DNA of 64,000 nucleotides from Cytophagaceae bacterium (GCA_016722655.1 JADKIR010000004.1:1595183-1659182), one strand, 5' to 3'. Counted from the stretch's first letter, positions 45,358 to 55,243 are shown. Made by a program: numbers and translations. Notes: a model not told the origin generated them from the letters alone.

Positions 45358-46689
45358 ATGGAAGGATTGATAATGGCAGCTCAGCTTTTGCTGGCACTCA
45401 CCATTTTGGTTGGTTTACACGAATTCGGACACTTTATTTTTGCCCGCATCTTTAAAATCAGGGTCAACAAATTTTACATTTTCTTTGATTTCTTATTCCC
45501 TTTACCCAATGTTTTGAATTTTGCTCTTTGGAAAAAGAAAAAAGGTGATACTGAATACGGTCTCGGTTGGTTTCCTTTGGGTGGTTATGTGGATATAGCC
45601 GGTATGATTGACGAAACTAAAGATGCTTCACAGCTTTCATCTACCCCGGAACCCTGGGAATTTAGATCTAAACCGGCATGGCAACGACTTTTTGTAATGT
45701 TAGGAGGGATAATCGTAAATATAATTCTGGGAGTATTGATTTATTCAGGTGTTAAATATACCTGGGGAGAAGAGGATTTTGCACGAGAAGAGGTAAATAA
45801 AAGAGGGATTTATGCACATCCTTTAGCCGAGAAAATTGGACTAAAAACTGGAGATAAGATACTTAAAATTAATGGTAAAGATTACACTGTTTTTAGTGAA
45901 GTACTAAGTGCTGTTGCCAACGAAAACACAAGTTTTCTGGTTGAAAGAGACAGTCAGACCATAGAAGTGCCTGTTCCCAATCAATTGATTGAAAACATTG
46001 CAAAGAAAGAAGACTTTGTGAGTCCTATATTTCCGTTTGAAGTTAGAATTGTTTCAAAAGGAATGCCCGCTGACAAAGCCGGACTCAGAGAAGGTGATAA
46101 AATTCTGGCAATAAATGGAAAAAAAATAAATTATTATCAGGAGCTCCAGCCTTTAATCAGAAGCAATGCAGGTAAAAAAATCACTTTGGATATTGAAAGA
46201 AAAGGGACTAAGCTAAGTATTAGTCCGGTGGTAACTGCTGATTCAGCGATAGGATTTAATCCGAAATTTACACTAGCAACCGTAGAAACCAAGTTTGGAC
46301 TTTGGGAATCTGTAAAAGAAGGTACTAACGAAGCCCTGAGTGTGATTCCTCAACAAATCAATGGTTTTGCTAGAATTTTCAAAGGTCATATTTCAGCTTC
46401 AAACGCTTTAAGTGGGCCCGTGGGTCTTTCACAAATGTTTGGTGGTCGTTGGGATTGGGAAAGGTTCTGGAGATTAACAGGCTTATTGTCAATGGCTTTG
46501 GCTTTTATGAATGCACTTCCTATACCGGCTTTGGATGGTGGGCATGTGATAGTTTTATTATATGAAATGATCTCCCGTCGTAAACCTTCCGAGCTTTTTA
46601 TGGAGCGTACCCAACAGATCGGTACATTTATACTTTTGGCATTGATGGCGTATGTACTGTTTAACGATACAGTTAAACTACTATTTTAA
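45358..46689 (+). CDS. rseP: RIP metalloprotease RseP (site-2 protease, two PDZ domains)
   Basis: 443 aa with an HEFGH zinc motif in TM1 and a C-terminal NALPIPALDGG motif. Confidence 0.9.
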   Translation: MEGLIMAAQLLLALTILVGLHEFGHFIFARIFKIRVNKFYIFFDFLFPLPNVLNFALWKKKKGDTEYGLGWFPLGGYVDIAGMIDETKDASQLSSTPEPWEFRSKPAWQRLFVMLGGIIVNIILGVLIYSGVKYTWGEEDFAREEVNKRGIYAHPLAEKIGLKTGDKILKINGKDYTVFSEVLSAVANENTSFLVERDSQTIEVPVPNQLIENIAKKEDFVSPIFPFEVRIVSKGMPADKAGLREGDKILAINGKKINYYQELQPLIRSNAGKKITLDIERKGTKLSISPVVTADSAIGFNPKFTLATVETKFGLWESVKEGTNEALSVIPQQINGFARIFKGHISASNALSGPVGLSQMFGGRWDWERFWRLTGLLSMALAFMNALPIPALDGGHVIVLLYEMISRRKPSELFMERTQQIGTFILLALMAYVLFNDTVKLLF

Positions 46690-46697
46690 TTACTTTC

Positions 46698-47177
46698 ATG
46701 AAAAGTTTGATATTGGGTTTATTTCTGATGCTTTCTTTTCATGATTTTCATACTTCTTTGACCGAAATAAATTACAACTCTCAGTCCAGGTCTTTGGAGC
46801 TTTCTGTTAGGGTTTTCACCGATGACCTTGAACTTGCCCTTACCAACTTTAATAAGGGTCAGTTGGTCAAAATTGAAGACCCTGTTCAAAAAACAGACCC
46901 TTTGATAGAGCAATACTTTCGGCGAAACATTGCAATTATTTCTCCAAATAAAGAAGTGAAATTTGCCAAATTTTATGGCAAGGAACAGGAATCTGATGCC
47001 ACCTGGCTTTATTTTGAGGTCTTTGAATGCGAAAAAATTAAGGACTTCACCCTTTACAATGCCATAATGCAGGAAATGTTTAAAGATCAGACCAATCTGG
47101 TTAATATTTTATACCCCGGCAAGAAAAAAACACTTGTGTTTGATTCCGAAGTGCGTATCCACGAATGGCCTTTTTGA
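46698..47177 (+). CDS. hypothetical exported protein (DUF6702-like)
   Basis: 159 aa. HDFHTSLTEINYN...LELSVRVFTDDLE resembles DUF6702 (family recalled). Confidence 0.5.
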   Translation: MKSLILGLFLMLSFHDFHTSLTEINYNSQSRSLELSVRVFTDDLELALTNFNKGQLVKIEDPVQKTDPLIEQYFRRNIAIISPNKEVKFAKFYGKEQESDATWLYFEVFECEKIKDFTLYNAIMQEMFKDQTNLVNILYPGKKKTLVFDSEVRIHEWPF

Positions 47178-47220
47178 CCAAAGAAAAATTTTAGAAAAAT
47201 ATCAATAAAAATATCCGAAT

Positions 47221-47237
47221 AGTATGCTTGCATAACA
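47221..47237 (+). promoter_or_regulatory. palindromic operator-like site upstream of the MarR gene
   Basis: agtatgcttgcataaca has inverted half-sites TATGC/GCATA. It overlaps a TTG (-33-like) element 18 nt upstream of a TACTTTTG (-7-like) box at 47249-47256. It is 17/17 identical to the reverse complement of 63875-63891. Confidence 0.6.
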
Positions 47238-47295
47238 TCTGAAATCTTTACTTTTGTAAAGTTTTTTGGGCTAAATGCTTCATTGATTTTATTTT

Positions 47296-47766
47296 ATGAA
47301 AAAAGAGCATACTATTGATTTTTATATAAAATGGGCCTGGCATGCGATTTCCAGGATGTACAACATCAATGCTGCGGCCGAAGACATGACCATGTCGATA
47401 GGCTTTGTGTTGCTAAATATTGATTTGGAAAAAGGTACCCCTGCAACAAAAATAGGCCCCAGTATAGGAATGGAGGCCAGAAGCCTTACCAGAATGTTGA
47501 AAACATTGGAAGAAAAAGGCTGGATTTACCGCGAAACCGATCCCACAGATAAGCGATTTGTAAATGTATTTCTAACCGACTTAGGCAAAAAAAAGCGTAA
47601 ATTTGCACGAGAAGGGGTCATAGAATTTAACAAAAGAATTCAGGAGAAAATCTCTCCGGCCGACTTAGATGTTTATTTCAAAGTAATGAAGCAAATCAAT
47701 GGGTTATTAGAGGATATTTCTCAGGAAAATCACCAACATGAAGTACTATCCTTAGATCAAATTTAA
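47296..47766 (+). CDS. MarR family transcriptional regulator
   Basis: 156 aa with a winged-HTH pattern (ARSLTRMLKTLEEKGWIYRETDPTDKRFVNVFLTDLG). Confidence 0.8.
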   Translation: MKKEHTIDFYIKWAWHAISRMYNINAAAEDMTMSIGFVLLNIDLEKGTPATKIGPSIGMEARSLTRMLKTLEEKGWIYRETDPTDKRFVNVFLTDLGKKKRKFAREGVIEFNKRIQEKISPADLDVYFKVMKQINGLLEDISQENHQHEVLSLDQI

Positions 47767-47772
47767 TTTTAG

Positions 47773-48213
47773 ATGAAGAAAATCTTTATTTTAGTTTTAT
47801 TTATTTCATCAGTAGAAGGTTTTTCGCAAAGTGTAGTCTATTATCCGTTCAATTCGCTTTTTGGAATCAGTAGTAATCCTGAAAAAACCGTATGGGTAGA
47901 TTTGAAACTACAAACCAATTCTTATTTTTCTTCTTTGAGTACGGAGATTACGCCTGAATTTACTTTCAAAAAAACCAACAGAGCATTGTACTATGCAGGA
48001 GGAGGGTTTAAACTTAACTATTTAAATGCCATTGAAAACAACAATATTCTGGAAGGTTTTATGCTCAATACCGGAGTCAGAATTATGCCGGTTGACAAGT
48101 TTAAGCGATTTCATGTAGCATTTGAAGTGTCGCCTTATGTGACACGTAAGATGGATATCGGTTTGATGCGTACTTTTCTAGGTTTGGGGTATAATTTCTC
48201 AGGAAAAAAATGA
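47773..48213 (+). CDS. hypothetical exported protein (146 aa)
   Basis: Has a signal peptide and a beta-strand-rich pattern. It overlaps the next gene by 4 nt. Confidence 0.5.
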   Translation: MKKIFILVLFISSVEGFSQSVVYYPFNSLFGISSNPEKTVWVDLKLQTNSYFSSLSTEITPEFTFKKTNRALYYAGGGFKLNYLNAIENNNILEGFMLNTGVRIMPVDKFKRFHVAFEVSPYVTRKMDIGLMRTFLGLGYNFSGKK

Positions 48214-48644
48214 AAATAAGGCCTTCTGTAATCATCGTTAAAGACGATAAGGTATTGACGCTTAAATATTTATACGGAAGTACTGAAGTCTATGCCATTC
48301 CGGGTGGAAACCTTGAATTTGGTGAAAGCCTTTCTGAAACGGTAGTCAGAGAGTTGAAAGAAGAACTAAATCTTGAAATAAGCCTGTTGGATTTTTGTGG
48401 TACAGCCGAAATCATCAATGAAAAACAGCATGGGGTACATTTCTTTTTTTTAGGAAAAATTATTTCCGGTGAACCTAAAATAAACCCTCAAGAAACTACT
48501 GCCAATTCGGTGGTGTGGCTTAAAAAAGACCAAATTACTGAAGTTAATTTATATCCAAAAATACCGGATTTGATTTTGTCGGTTTTGAATGGTGAAAACC
48601 CTTACGGTTTATTTTTAGGAAAAATAGATCAACCCTGGTATTAA
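48210..48644 (+). CDS. NUDIX hydrolase
   Basis: Nudix box GGNLEFGESLSETVVRELKEELNL. Confidence 0.8.
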   Translation: MKIRPSVIIVKDDKVLTLKYLYGSTEVYAIPGGNLEFGESLSETVVRELKEELNLEISLLDFCGTAEIINEKQHGVHFFFLGKIISGEPKINPQETTANSVVWLKKDQITEVNLYPKIPDLILSVLNGENPYGLFLGKIDQPWY

Positions 48645-48655
48645 ATTCCAATCAT

Positions 48656-49549
48656 TTGAAATTTACAATCCCTACCCCCAAGATTTTCGATTTTAATGAA
48701 TGTCTCTGGTTTCTAGACCGGGGTTATGACGAATGTTTGCATACCATTTCAGATAAGAAAGTCAGAAAAGTATTTAAGTCTGAAATCCAAAATGTTCTGG
48801 TTGAAATCAGTTCAGAAAATGAAATTTTAATCTGTGAAATTCTGAATACCCAAACCGCTGACTTAGAAAATATTAAGAAACAAATAATCAAGTGGTTTGA
48901 TCTGGAAAGGGATTTGTCACCGTTTTATACATTACTTTCTCATGATGTGGACCTAAGTTTTTTTACTGAAAAATATTTTGGATTAAGGTTAATCACCATA
49001 CCTAATTTGTTTGAAGCTCTGTGTTGGAGTATCATCGGGCAGCAGATTAATCTCACTTTTGCTTATAAAATCAAAAGAGCTTTGGTTGAGTATTGTGGCG
49101 ATTTTGTGGAATATGAAGGTATAAAATATTACCTTTTTCCATCTCCCCAGGATATCCTAATAATTGATGATGTTGTATTCAGAGAAATGAAGTTTTCGAG
49201 ACAAAAAATAGCGTATATCAGGAATATTTCAGAGGCTTTTTTACAAAAAATTATTTCTAAAATAGCTTTGCAAAATGTTGATAATCATAAAGATAGATTA
49301 GCTTTTTTGACTCAGATAAAAGGAGTTGGAGAGTGGACGGCTCAATATGCTTTGATGAAGTCTTTACCGGCTATGGAAGCGGTAGCTTATGGTGATGCAG
49401 GTCTCAATCAGGCACTCTTTAATCTCAAAAAAATTCCCAAGAAAGATTCCAGGCAGTTGCAAGAACAAATTATTGAACAGTTTAAAGGCTGGGAAGCCTA
49501 CCTCGTTTTCTATCTTTGGAGGAGCCTGAGTGCCAGGCCTCAGTCATAA
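48656..49549 (+). CDS. DNA-3-methyladenine glycosylase 2 family protein (AlkA-like HhH-GPD); TTG start
   Basis: 297 aa with a WSIIGQQINLTFAYKIKRAL...IKGVGEWTAQYALM HhH-GPD pattern. Confidence 0.7.
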   Translation: MKFTIPTPKIFDFNECLWFLDRGYDECLHTISDKKVRKVFKSEIQNVLVEISSENEILICEILNTQTADLENIKKQIIKWFDLERDLSPFYTLLSHDVDLSFFTEKYFGLRLITIPNLFEALCWSIIGQQINLTFAYKIKRALVEYCGDFVEYEGIKYYLFPSPQDILIIDDVVFREMKFSRQKIAYIRNISEAFLQKIISKIALQNVDNHKDRLAFLTQIKGVGEWTAQYALMKSLPAMEAVAYGDAGLNQALFNLKKIPKKDSRQLQEQIIEQFKGWEAYLVFYLWRSLSARPQS

Positions 49550-50128
49550 AATCTTTCTGAATGTGATATTGATTCTCTCACCTACTTCTTTGACTTTAGG
49601 AATCTGATGCAGCCAGTGGTCCTGCATTTCACCCTGCATCATGAGCAAGCTCCCACTTTCAAGCAATAAACTTCTGGTACTATTTTGTTGAACTTTGTGT
49701 TTTATCTGAAATTTTCTGGCTGCACCGAGGTTCAATGAGGCAATCACCGGATTTTTGCCTAGCTCCGGCTCGTCATCGGCATGCCAGCCCATAGAGTCGT
49801 TGCCGTTTCGGTAGTAATTGAGCAATGCAGAGTTAAAATGGTGTCCGGTTTTTTGTTCAATTAATTTCTTTAAAATCAATAAGGTATCTGAAAACGCTAC
49901 AGGAATGTTGACCAGGCCTGAGTATTTGTAAGTTTTACCTTCTGCTGCATACCAGGCTGTTAACCGAGGAAACAACACTTCTTTACCGTAGATTTTCATG
50001 CCTTCCTGCTTCCAGTGGGTTTCGTTTTTTATTGTTTCAAAAAAATCATTCGAAACAAAGTCGGGATAATAAAGCAATTCTCCCTCAAAAGGCAAAAGGT
50101 TTTGATTTTCGAAGAGATTCATTACCAT
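49544..50128 (-). CDS. alkB: alpha-ketoglutarate-dependent dioxygenase AlkB
   Basis: Has MGWHADDE (HxD) and RINITFR motifs. The ATG at 50128 (or 50122) avoids the overlap with the upstream gene that the ORF-track start at 50158 creates. Confidence 0.8.
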   Translation of the reverse strand: MVMNLFENQNLLPFEGELLYYPDFVSNDFFETIKNETHWKQEGMKIYGKEVLFPRLTAWYAAEGKTYKYSGLVNIPVAFSDTLLILKKLIEQKTGHHFNSALLNYYRNGNDSMGWHADDEPELGKNPVIASLNLGAARKFQIKHKVQQNSTRSLLLESGSLLMMQGEMQDHWLHQIPKVKEVGERINITFRKIL

Positions 50129-50133
50129 ATTTT

Positions 50134-51348
50134 TCAGTATCCAAAACCAAATAACCATAATGGAATGGTGCTGCCGTAACCTTCATCTATGCCATCTTTA
50201 GCCAGAAATGCATTGGGCATACCATATATCTGGTGCATCGATTTGTTTTTTCCACCCACTTCAAATACATATTTGTCATTGACCATAAAGTCACCTCTTA
50301 CTGGGAAGCTCAGCGTGTTTTTGGCACCTACCGCATTCATAAAGAAGGTTTCTCTTTCGGTACCAGTGTTGGGCTCTGTCATGGCCAGTGCATGTATTAG
50401 GTTAGAGTTTTCCAGAAAAACCTTGTCCGGCTTGGTGAGTGCACTGTCTGATTTTTGGGGTGCTTTTAAGGCGTTGAGCACATCGGCCCGGTCAAGATAA
50501 TCCAAAAAAACCAACACTCTTTGTCTTGGAATGTTGAGCTGGTCCGATATTTTCTGAATATTTGGACTATACGGCACCAATTCCGACAATAAACCCAATA
50601 GCTTTTTGATTTGCCTTACCGAAGAGTAGTCGATATTGAATATTGGTGGTAAATCTACCTCAATCACCTGATTGATCATGGCTTGCAGGCGGTCGTTGTA
50701 TTTTCTTCCGGCTTCTTTATAGAACGGATAGTAACCGTTTCGAAGGTAATTTTTGAATTTTTTAGTCAATTCAGGGTGCTTCGTCAATAATTCCTGAGCT
50801 ATTTCGGTGTGATTGACGGTGAGCTCATCGATAGAAATTACGGGGAATGATTCCATTCCTTCAAAAATTAAAAATTCTCTAAAGCTCAGTCCTTTAAGAT
50901 TGTACACGTCGGCTCTGCGACTCAAATCACCCACACCTTCCATCACATCCAACGCCGAAGAAGAGGTCACCAATACTTTTACATCGGGAAGGCTGTCATA
51001 AATATTTTTCAATTCCCTCGACCAGCCTTCGTATTTGTGTACTTCATCTATGCCAAATCTCCGGTATCCTCGGTCATAAAGCTCCTCCACGGTTTCGAGC
51101 AGTGTATTTTTACTGAAATACAGATGGTCAAGACTGAAATATATGGCGGTTTTGGTGTTGGAGTTTTCTTTTAAATATTGCTTGAGCAATGTGGTTTTTC
51201 CCACGCCTCTGCAACCTGTGATAACAATAAGGCGGGCATCAAAGTTGATCTCAGGATACAAATATCTCCTGATATCTGTTTCAGTAACAGCCAGAAGCCT
51301 TTCCGATATTTTTTCGAGAGAATGCATTTTGTATAAATAATTTAACAC
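50134..51348 (-). CDS. AAA+ ATPase of the COG1373 / DUF4143-containing type
   Basis: 404 aa with Walker A GCRGVGKTTL and a Walker B-like FGIDEVH. Its stop lies 5 nt upstream of the alkB start. Confidence 0.7.
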   Translation of the reverse strand: MLNYLYKMHSLEKISERLLAVTETDIRRYLYPEINFDARLIVITGCRGVGKTTLLKQYLKENSNTKTAIYFSLDHLYFSKNTLLETVEELYDRGYRRFGIDEVHKYEGWSRELKNIYDSLPDVKVLVTSSSALDVMEGVGDLSRRADVYNLKGLSFREFLIFEGMESFPVISIDELTVNHTEIAQELLTKHPELTKKFKNYLRNGYYPFYKEAGRKYNDRLQAMINQVIEVDLPPIFNIDYSSVRQIKKLLGLLSELVPYSPNIQKISDQLNIPRQRVLVFLDYLDRADVLNALKAPQKSDSALTKPDKVFLENSNLIHALAMTEPNTGTERETFFMNAVGAKNTLSFPVRGDFMVNDKYVFEVGGKNKSMHQIYGMPNAFLAKDGIDEGYGSTIPLWLFGFGY

Positions 51349-51514
51349 AAATGTATAATGTTAAATATAAATAACAAAAATAAAATGTGATAAATATAAA
51401 AAATATAATTTAAAAATGTTAAATATAAATAACATTTTTATTTGCTTTTGTACTGTATATCAAGTATTTAAATATTTGATATTTGTCAAATAAATTAATG
51501 GTTGTTTGGTGAAA

Positions 51515-51886
51515 TTACTTCCCAGCCCAATAGTCGAGCACCATTACTTTGTCGAGAAAAGGCCCTAATACCTTTCCGAAAGCTTTATGGTCAGGATGGG
51601 GAAGATAAGCTGAACGGCCTTCCTCACTATCAAAAGTTAGTAAAAATACATGTGTGAAACCATTGTCGAGTTTTTCGGGGCTGTTGTTGATTCCCCATTC
51701 GTAGCCTTTTATTTCCTTGATTTTGTTGGGTAATTCTCTGAAAGCATCTTCTACTTTTTTAATATCGGTAGCACTGGTGCCTTCTTTAAACTTAAACATC
51801 ACCACATGGCGAAGTTCCTTTTTTTGTGCTGAGGCTGTTCCCATAATTCCCAGAATTGCGATTAAGATTAATGCTAATTTTTTCAT
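51515..51886 (-). CDS. Dabb (stress-responsive A/B barrel) domain protein with a signal peptide
   Basis: 123 aa with HVVMFKFKEGTS...HVFLLTFDSEEGRSAYLPHPDHKAF. Confidence 0.75.
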   Translation of the reverse strand: MKKLALILIAILGIMGTASAQKKELRHVVMFKFKEGTSATDIKKVEDAFRELPNKIKEIKGYEWGINNSPEKLDNGFTHVFLLTFDSEEGRSAYLPHPDHKAFGKVLGPFLDKVMVLDYWAGK

Positions 51887-51916
51887 TTTGAAAAGGTTGA
51901 ATATTTTGTAAAATGT

Positions 51917-53107
51917 TTACAGATACTTCATGTAAGTGGCCAAATCCTTGTCTCCACGGCCTGAAAGTCCGATAACAACGGTATCAGATGGCTGTAAAGG
52001 CAAATATTTAAGGGCTCCCAGAGCATGTGATGATTCTATGGCCGGAATGATGCCTTCGAGTCGGGTTAACTCAAAGCCGGCATCGATAGATTCCTGGTCA
52101 GTTATTCCCAGAAACTGAGCCCTTCCACTTTCCCAAAGATGAGCATGAAGCGGCCCAATACCAGGGTAATCTAACCCAGCTGAAATACTGTGGGGCTCTA
52201 CCACCTGGCCGTCGTCGGTTTGCATCAATAAGCTTTTGCTGCCATGCAGAATCCCGGGTTTGCCTTTGAAGGTAGTCGCGGCTGTTTTTCCAGATTCTAT
52301 GCCCAGACCGGCGGCTTCAGCAGCGATTATTTTTACTTCGGGTTCATCCAGAAAATGATAAAAAACACCGGCTGCATTTGACCCGCCACCTACACATGCA
52401 ATCACATAATCTGGATTTTCATTCCCGGTTTTTTCAAAAAGTTGTTTTCTTACTTCCTTCGAAATTACCGACTGAAACCTCGCCACCATATCGGGGTAAG
52501 GATGTGGCCCCACTACCGACCCAATAATATAATGGGTGTCAACAGGGTTGTTAATCCAGTGTCTAAGGGCTTCATTGGTGGCATCTTTTAAAGTTTTTGA
52601 GCCACTTTTTGCCGGTCTCACTTCTGCTCCGAGCATTTTCATACGGGCTACATTGGGTGCCTGCCGTTCCATGTCGATTTCACCCATGTAAACGATGCAC
52701 TCCAGCCCCATCAAAGCACACATAGTTGCTGTGGCTACACCATGCTGACCAGCACCGGTTTCCGCAACGATTTTGTGTTTCCCCAGTTTTTTTGCCAAAA
52801 TAATCTGCCCCAGAGTATTGTTGACCTTATGTGCCCCTGTGTGACAAAGGTCTTCTCTTTTGAGATAGATTTCGGCATTATATTTTTCTGAAAGTCTTTG
52901 TGCCAAAAAAAGTGGGGTGGGCCGGCCAACATAATCTATCAACAGCCGTTCAAATTCCTCAATAAAGTCGGGAGACTCCATAATTTGCCGGTAATTCAGT
53001 CTAAGTTCCTCTACATTTGGGTACAGCATTTCGGGAATAAAGGCTCCGCCAAAATTGCCGTAATATCCTCTTTCATCTACTTCAAAGGCCGACTTACTTT
53101 TCATCAA
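51917..53107 (-). CDS. trpB: tryptophan synthase beta subunit
   Basis: 396 aa with a [12 protein letters not shown]-lysine motif and GGGSNAAG. Confidence 0.95.
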   Translation of the reverse strand: MMKSKSAFEVDERGYYGNFGGAFIPEMLYPNVEELRLNYRQIMESPDFIEEFERLLIDYVGRPTPLFLAQRLSEKYNAEIYLKREDLCHTGAHKVNNTLGQIILAKKLGKHKIVAETGAGQHGVATATMCALMGLECIVYMGEIDMERQAPNVARMKMLGAEVRPAKSGSKTLKDATNEALRHWINNPVDTHYIIGSVVGPHPYPDMVARFQSVISKEVRKQLFEKTGNENPDYVIACVGGGSNAAGVFYHFLDEPEVKIIAAEAAGLGIESGKTAATTFKGKPGILHGSKSLLMQTDDGQVVEPHSISAGLDYPGIGPLHAHLWESGRAQFLGITDQESIDAGFELTRLEGIIPAIESSHALGALKYLPLQPSDTVVIGLSGRGDKDLATYMKYL

Positions 53108-53128
53108 ATGTTTTTTTCTTGGTCAAAA

Positions 53129-53770
53129 TTAATGATTCCCTCTGATTTTACTAAAAAGAGGCTTTAAGGTTTCAATATTTTTTATTCCCGGACAAGTCTC
53201 AAATTTACTGTTTACATCGACTCCAAAAAACGCTGGATTTTTTATTGTAAAAACGCTATCAATATTTTCGGGCGAAATACCCCCGGCTAAAAAGAAAGGA
53301 ATTTCAAGCTTATAATTCTCTAGTAAATCCCAGTTAAAGGCTACTCCATGACCGCCATAACCTGCTCCTTTGGAATCAAACAAAAAAGCATCAACAGTAT
53401 TCAAGTATTTTTCAGTAACAGAAAAATCAAAACTCTGGTCAACAGAAAAAGCCTTCCAAACTTCCAATCCAGAAGCTTTTATTTTTTTGCACAATTCCGG
53501 TTCCTCGTTTCCGTGAAGTTGTACTACTTTCAAACCGAATTCTACAACGCTTTGTTTTATTTCGTCAAAATCAGCATTTACAAATACCCCCACTTTCTTT
53601 ATTATTTCCGGTAGATTTTTTGCCGTTAATAAATTGTCAAATTTTCCAACATACCTTGGAGATTTTTCATAAAAAATAAAACCCAGATAGTCAGGCATTA
53701 GTTTGGCTACTTCCCCGATGTTTTCAGAGTCGCCCATTCCACACACCTTTATTTTGAGCTTATTTTTCAA
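53129..53770 (-). CDS. trpF: phosphoribosylanthranilate isomerase
   Basis: 213 aa with KVCGM..., VVQLHGNE and GGISPENI. Confidence 0.85.
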   Translation of the reverse strand: MKNKLKIKVCGMGDSENIGEVAKLMPDYLGFIFYEKSPRYVGKFDNLLTAKNLPEIIKKVGVFVNADFDEIKQSVVEFGLKVVQLHGNEEPELCKKIKASGLEVWKAFSVDQSFDFSVTEKYLNTVDAFLFDSKGAGYGGHGVAFNWDLLENYKLEIPFFLAGGISPENIDSVFTIKNPAFFGVDVNSKFETCPGIKNIETLKPLFSKIRGNH

Positions 53771-54564
53771 TCTTCATTTATTTGCTTTACAAAATCTGCC
53801 AAAGCTTTTGAGGGATCAATGGTTTTCATGAAATTTTCACCCATCAAAAAACCCTCATAACCTACTTTTTTGAGTTGCTTTACAGTTTCGGGTTGAGAAA
53901 TACAGCTTTCGGAAATCTTGATTATATCTTTTGGCAGAAGTTCAATCAATCTCAAAGAAGCATTAACGTTGTTTTCGGCGAAGTTTTTAAGGTTGCGGTT
54001 ATTTACTCCCACAATATCAATATAGTCAAAGGGACTTTTTGCAATTTCTTCTTCGTCATGAACTTCGAGCAACACCTCCAGGTCTAATTCATGGGCTTTT
54101 TTGCTCAGATTCAGGATTTCTTCAGCTTTGAGCTGAGCTGCAATGAGTAAAATCACGTCGGCTCCCCATGCTTTTGCTTCGTAAAGTTGATATTCATCGA
54201 TCATGAAGTCTTTTCTGAGCAATGGAGTAGAAGGGTTGTATTTTCTGGCCGAAATCAAATCCTCTTTTGCCCCTCCGAAATAGTTGTAATCAGTAAGTAC
54301 ACTTATTCCTGCCGCACCACCTTTTGTATAGCCGGTGGTAGTTTTTTCGACATCAAAATGCTCCCCAAACATCCCCTTAGAGGGTGATTTTCGTTTGAAT
54401 TCAGCGATTATTCCGTTGCCATTGGTTTTTCTGATTGATTCTGCCAGGCTGTTTTTTTTTCGGAGAAAAAACTCACTTCCCATCAATTGACCCAACGAAA
54501 CCATTTTTTTTGAATCTTCTATTTCAATTCTTTTGTTTACTACGATTTCGTCAAGAATAGTCAT
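53767..54564 (-). CDS. trpC: indole-3-glycerol phosphate synthase
   Basis: 265 aa with IAEFKRKSPSKG, LRKDFMIDEYQ and GVNNRNL. Confidence 0.9.
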   Translation of the reverse strand: MTILDEIVVNKRIEIEDSKKMVSLGQLMGSEFFLRKKNSLAESIRKTNGNGIIAEFKRKSPSKGMFGEHFDVEKTTTGYTKGGAAGISVLTDYNYFGGAKEDLISARKYNPSTPLLRKDFMIDEYQLYEAKAWGADVILLIAAQLKAEEILNLSKKAHELDLEVLLEVHDEEEIAKSPFDYIDIVGVNNRNLKNFAENNVNASLRLIELLPKDIIKISESCISQPETVKQLKKVGYEGFLMGENFMKTIDPSKALADFVKQINED

Positions 54565-54588
54565 TTCTGAAAATTAATTGGATATAAA

Positions 54589-55167
54589 TTATTTTTTTCT
54601 CACACGACTTAGTGTTTCGGGAGTTAGACCCAAAAACGAAGCTACGTGCTTTTTGGGTGCACGATCATACAAATCAGGAAACATGTTTTGAAAAGCCTCA
54701 TTTCTTTTATGAGCACTCATCATTCTGAGGAATCGCACTCTTTCATCATACATAACAAGGTACATTTCGGTAAGAACTCTCACAATGTAATTTGCCTCAG
54801 GGACCAGGTCGTACAGTTCACTTAATCCACGATAAGAAATAGAAATAAGCTCTGAATCTTCCAAAAGCTCGATGGATTCAACACTTGGCATTTGCGGAAT
54901 GAAACTATGAGGCACATAAATAAAACCAAATTCCCCCACAAACCATGAAGTAATATCTGATTTAATTCCATGGTCGTCTTCAAGTGTATAAAATGACCTC
55001 ACCATTCCTTTTTCAATAAAATAGAGTTTGTCATTTACATCCCCGGCTTTCAAGATAATATCACCTGCTTTACCAGTAGTTTTACTTAACCTTTTCTTTA
55101 AAAGCTTTTCGGTTTCCTTGTTGAGTGGAGAAATAGCTCGGATTGCGTCAACAAAAGGAGTTACCAT
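54589..55167 (-). CDS. Crp/Fnr family transcriptional regulator
   Basis: 192 aa with a cNMP-binding beta-roll (LYFIEKGMVRSF) and a C-terminal HTH (VASFLGLTPETLSRVRKK). Confidence 0.75.
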   Translation of the reverse strand: MVTPFVDAIRAISPLNKETEKLLKKRLSKTTGKAGDIILKAGDVNDKLYFIEKGMVRSFYTLEDDHGIKSDITSWFVGEFGFIYVPHSFIPQMPSVESIELLEDSELISISYRGLSELYDLVPEANYIVRVLTEMYLVMYDERVRFLRMMSAHKRNEAFQNMFPDLYDRAPKKHVASFLGLTPETLSRVRKK

Positions 55168-55243
55168 ATTTTCTAATAATTTTCACAAATATAATGCAAC
55201 CGTTAGAATATTAAATTGCATCTTGTATTTGAAACCCGGTTAT

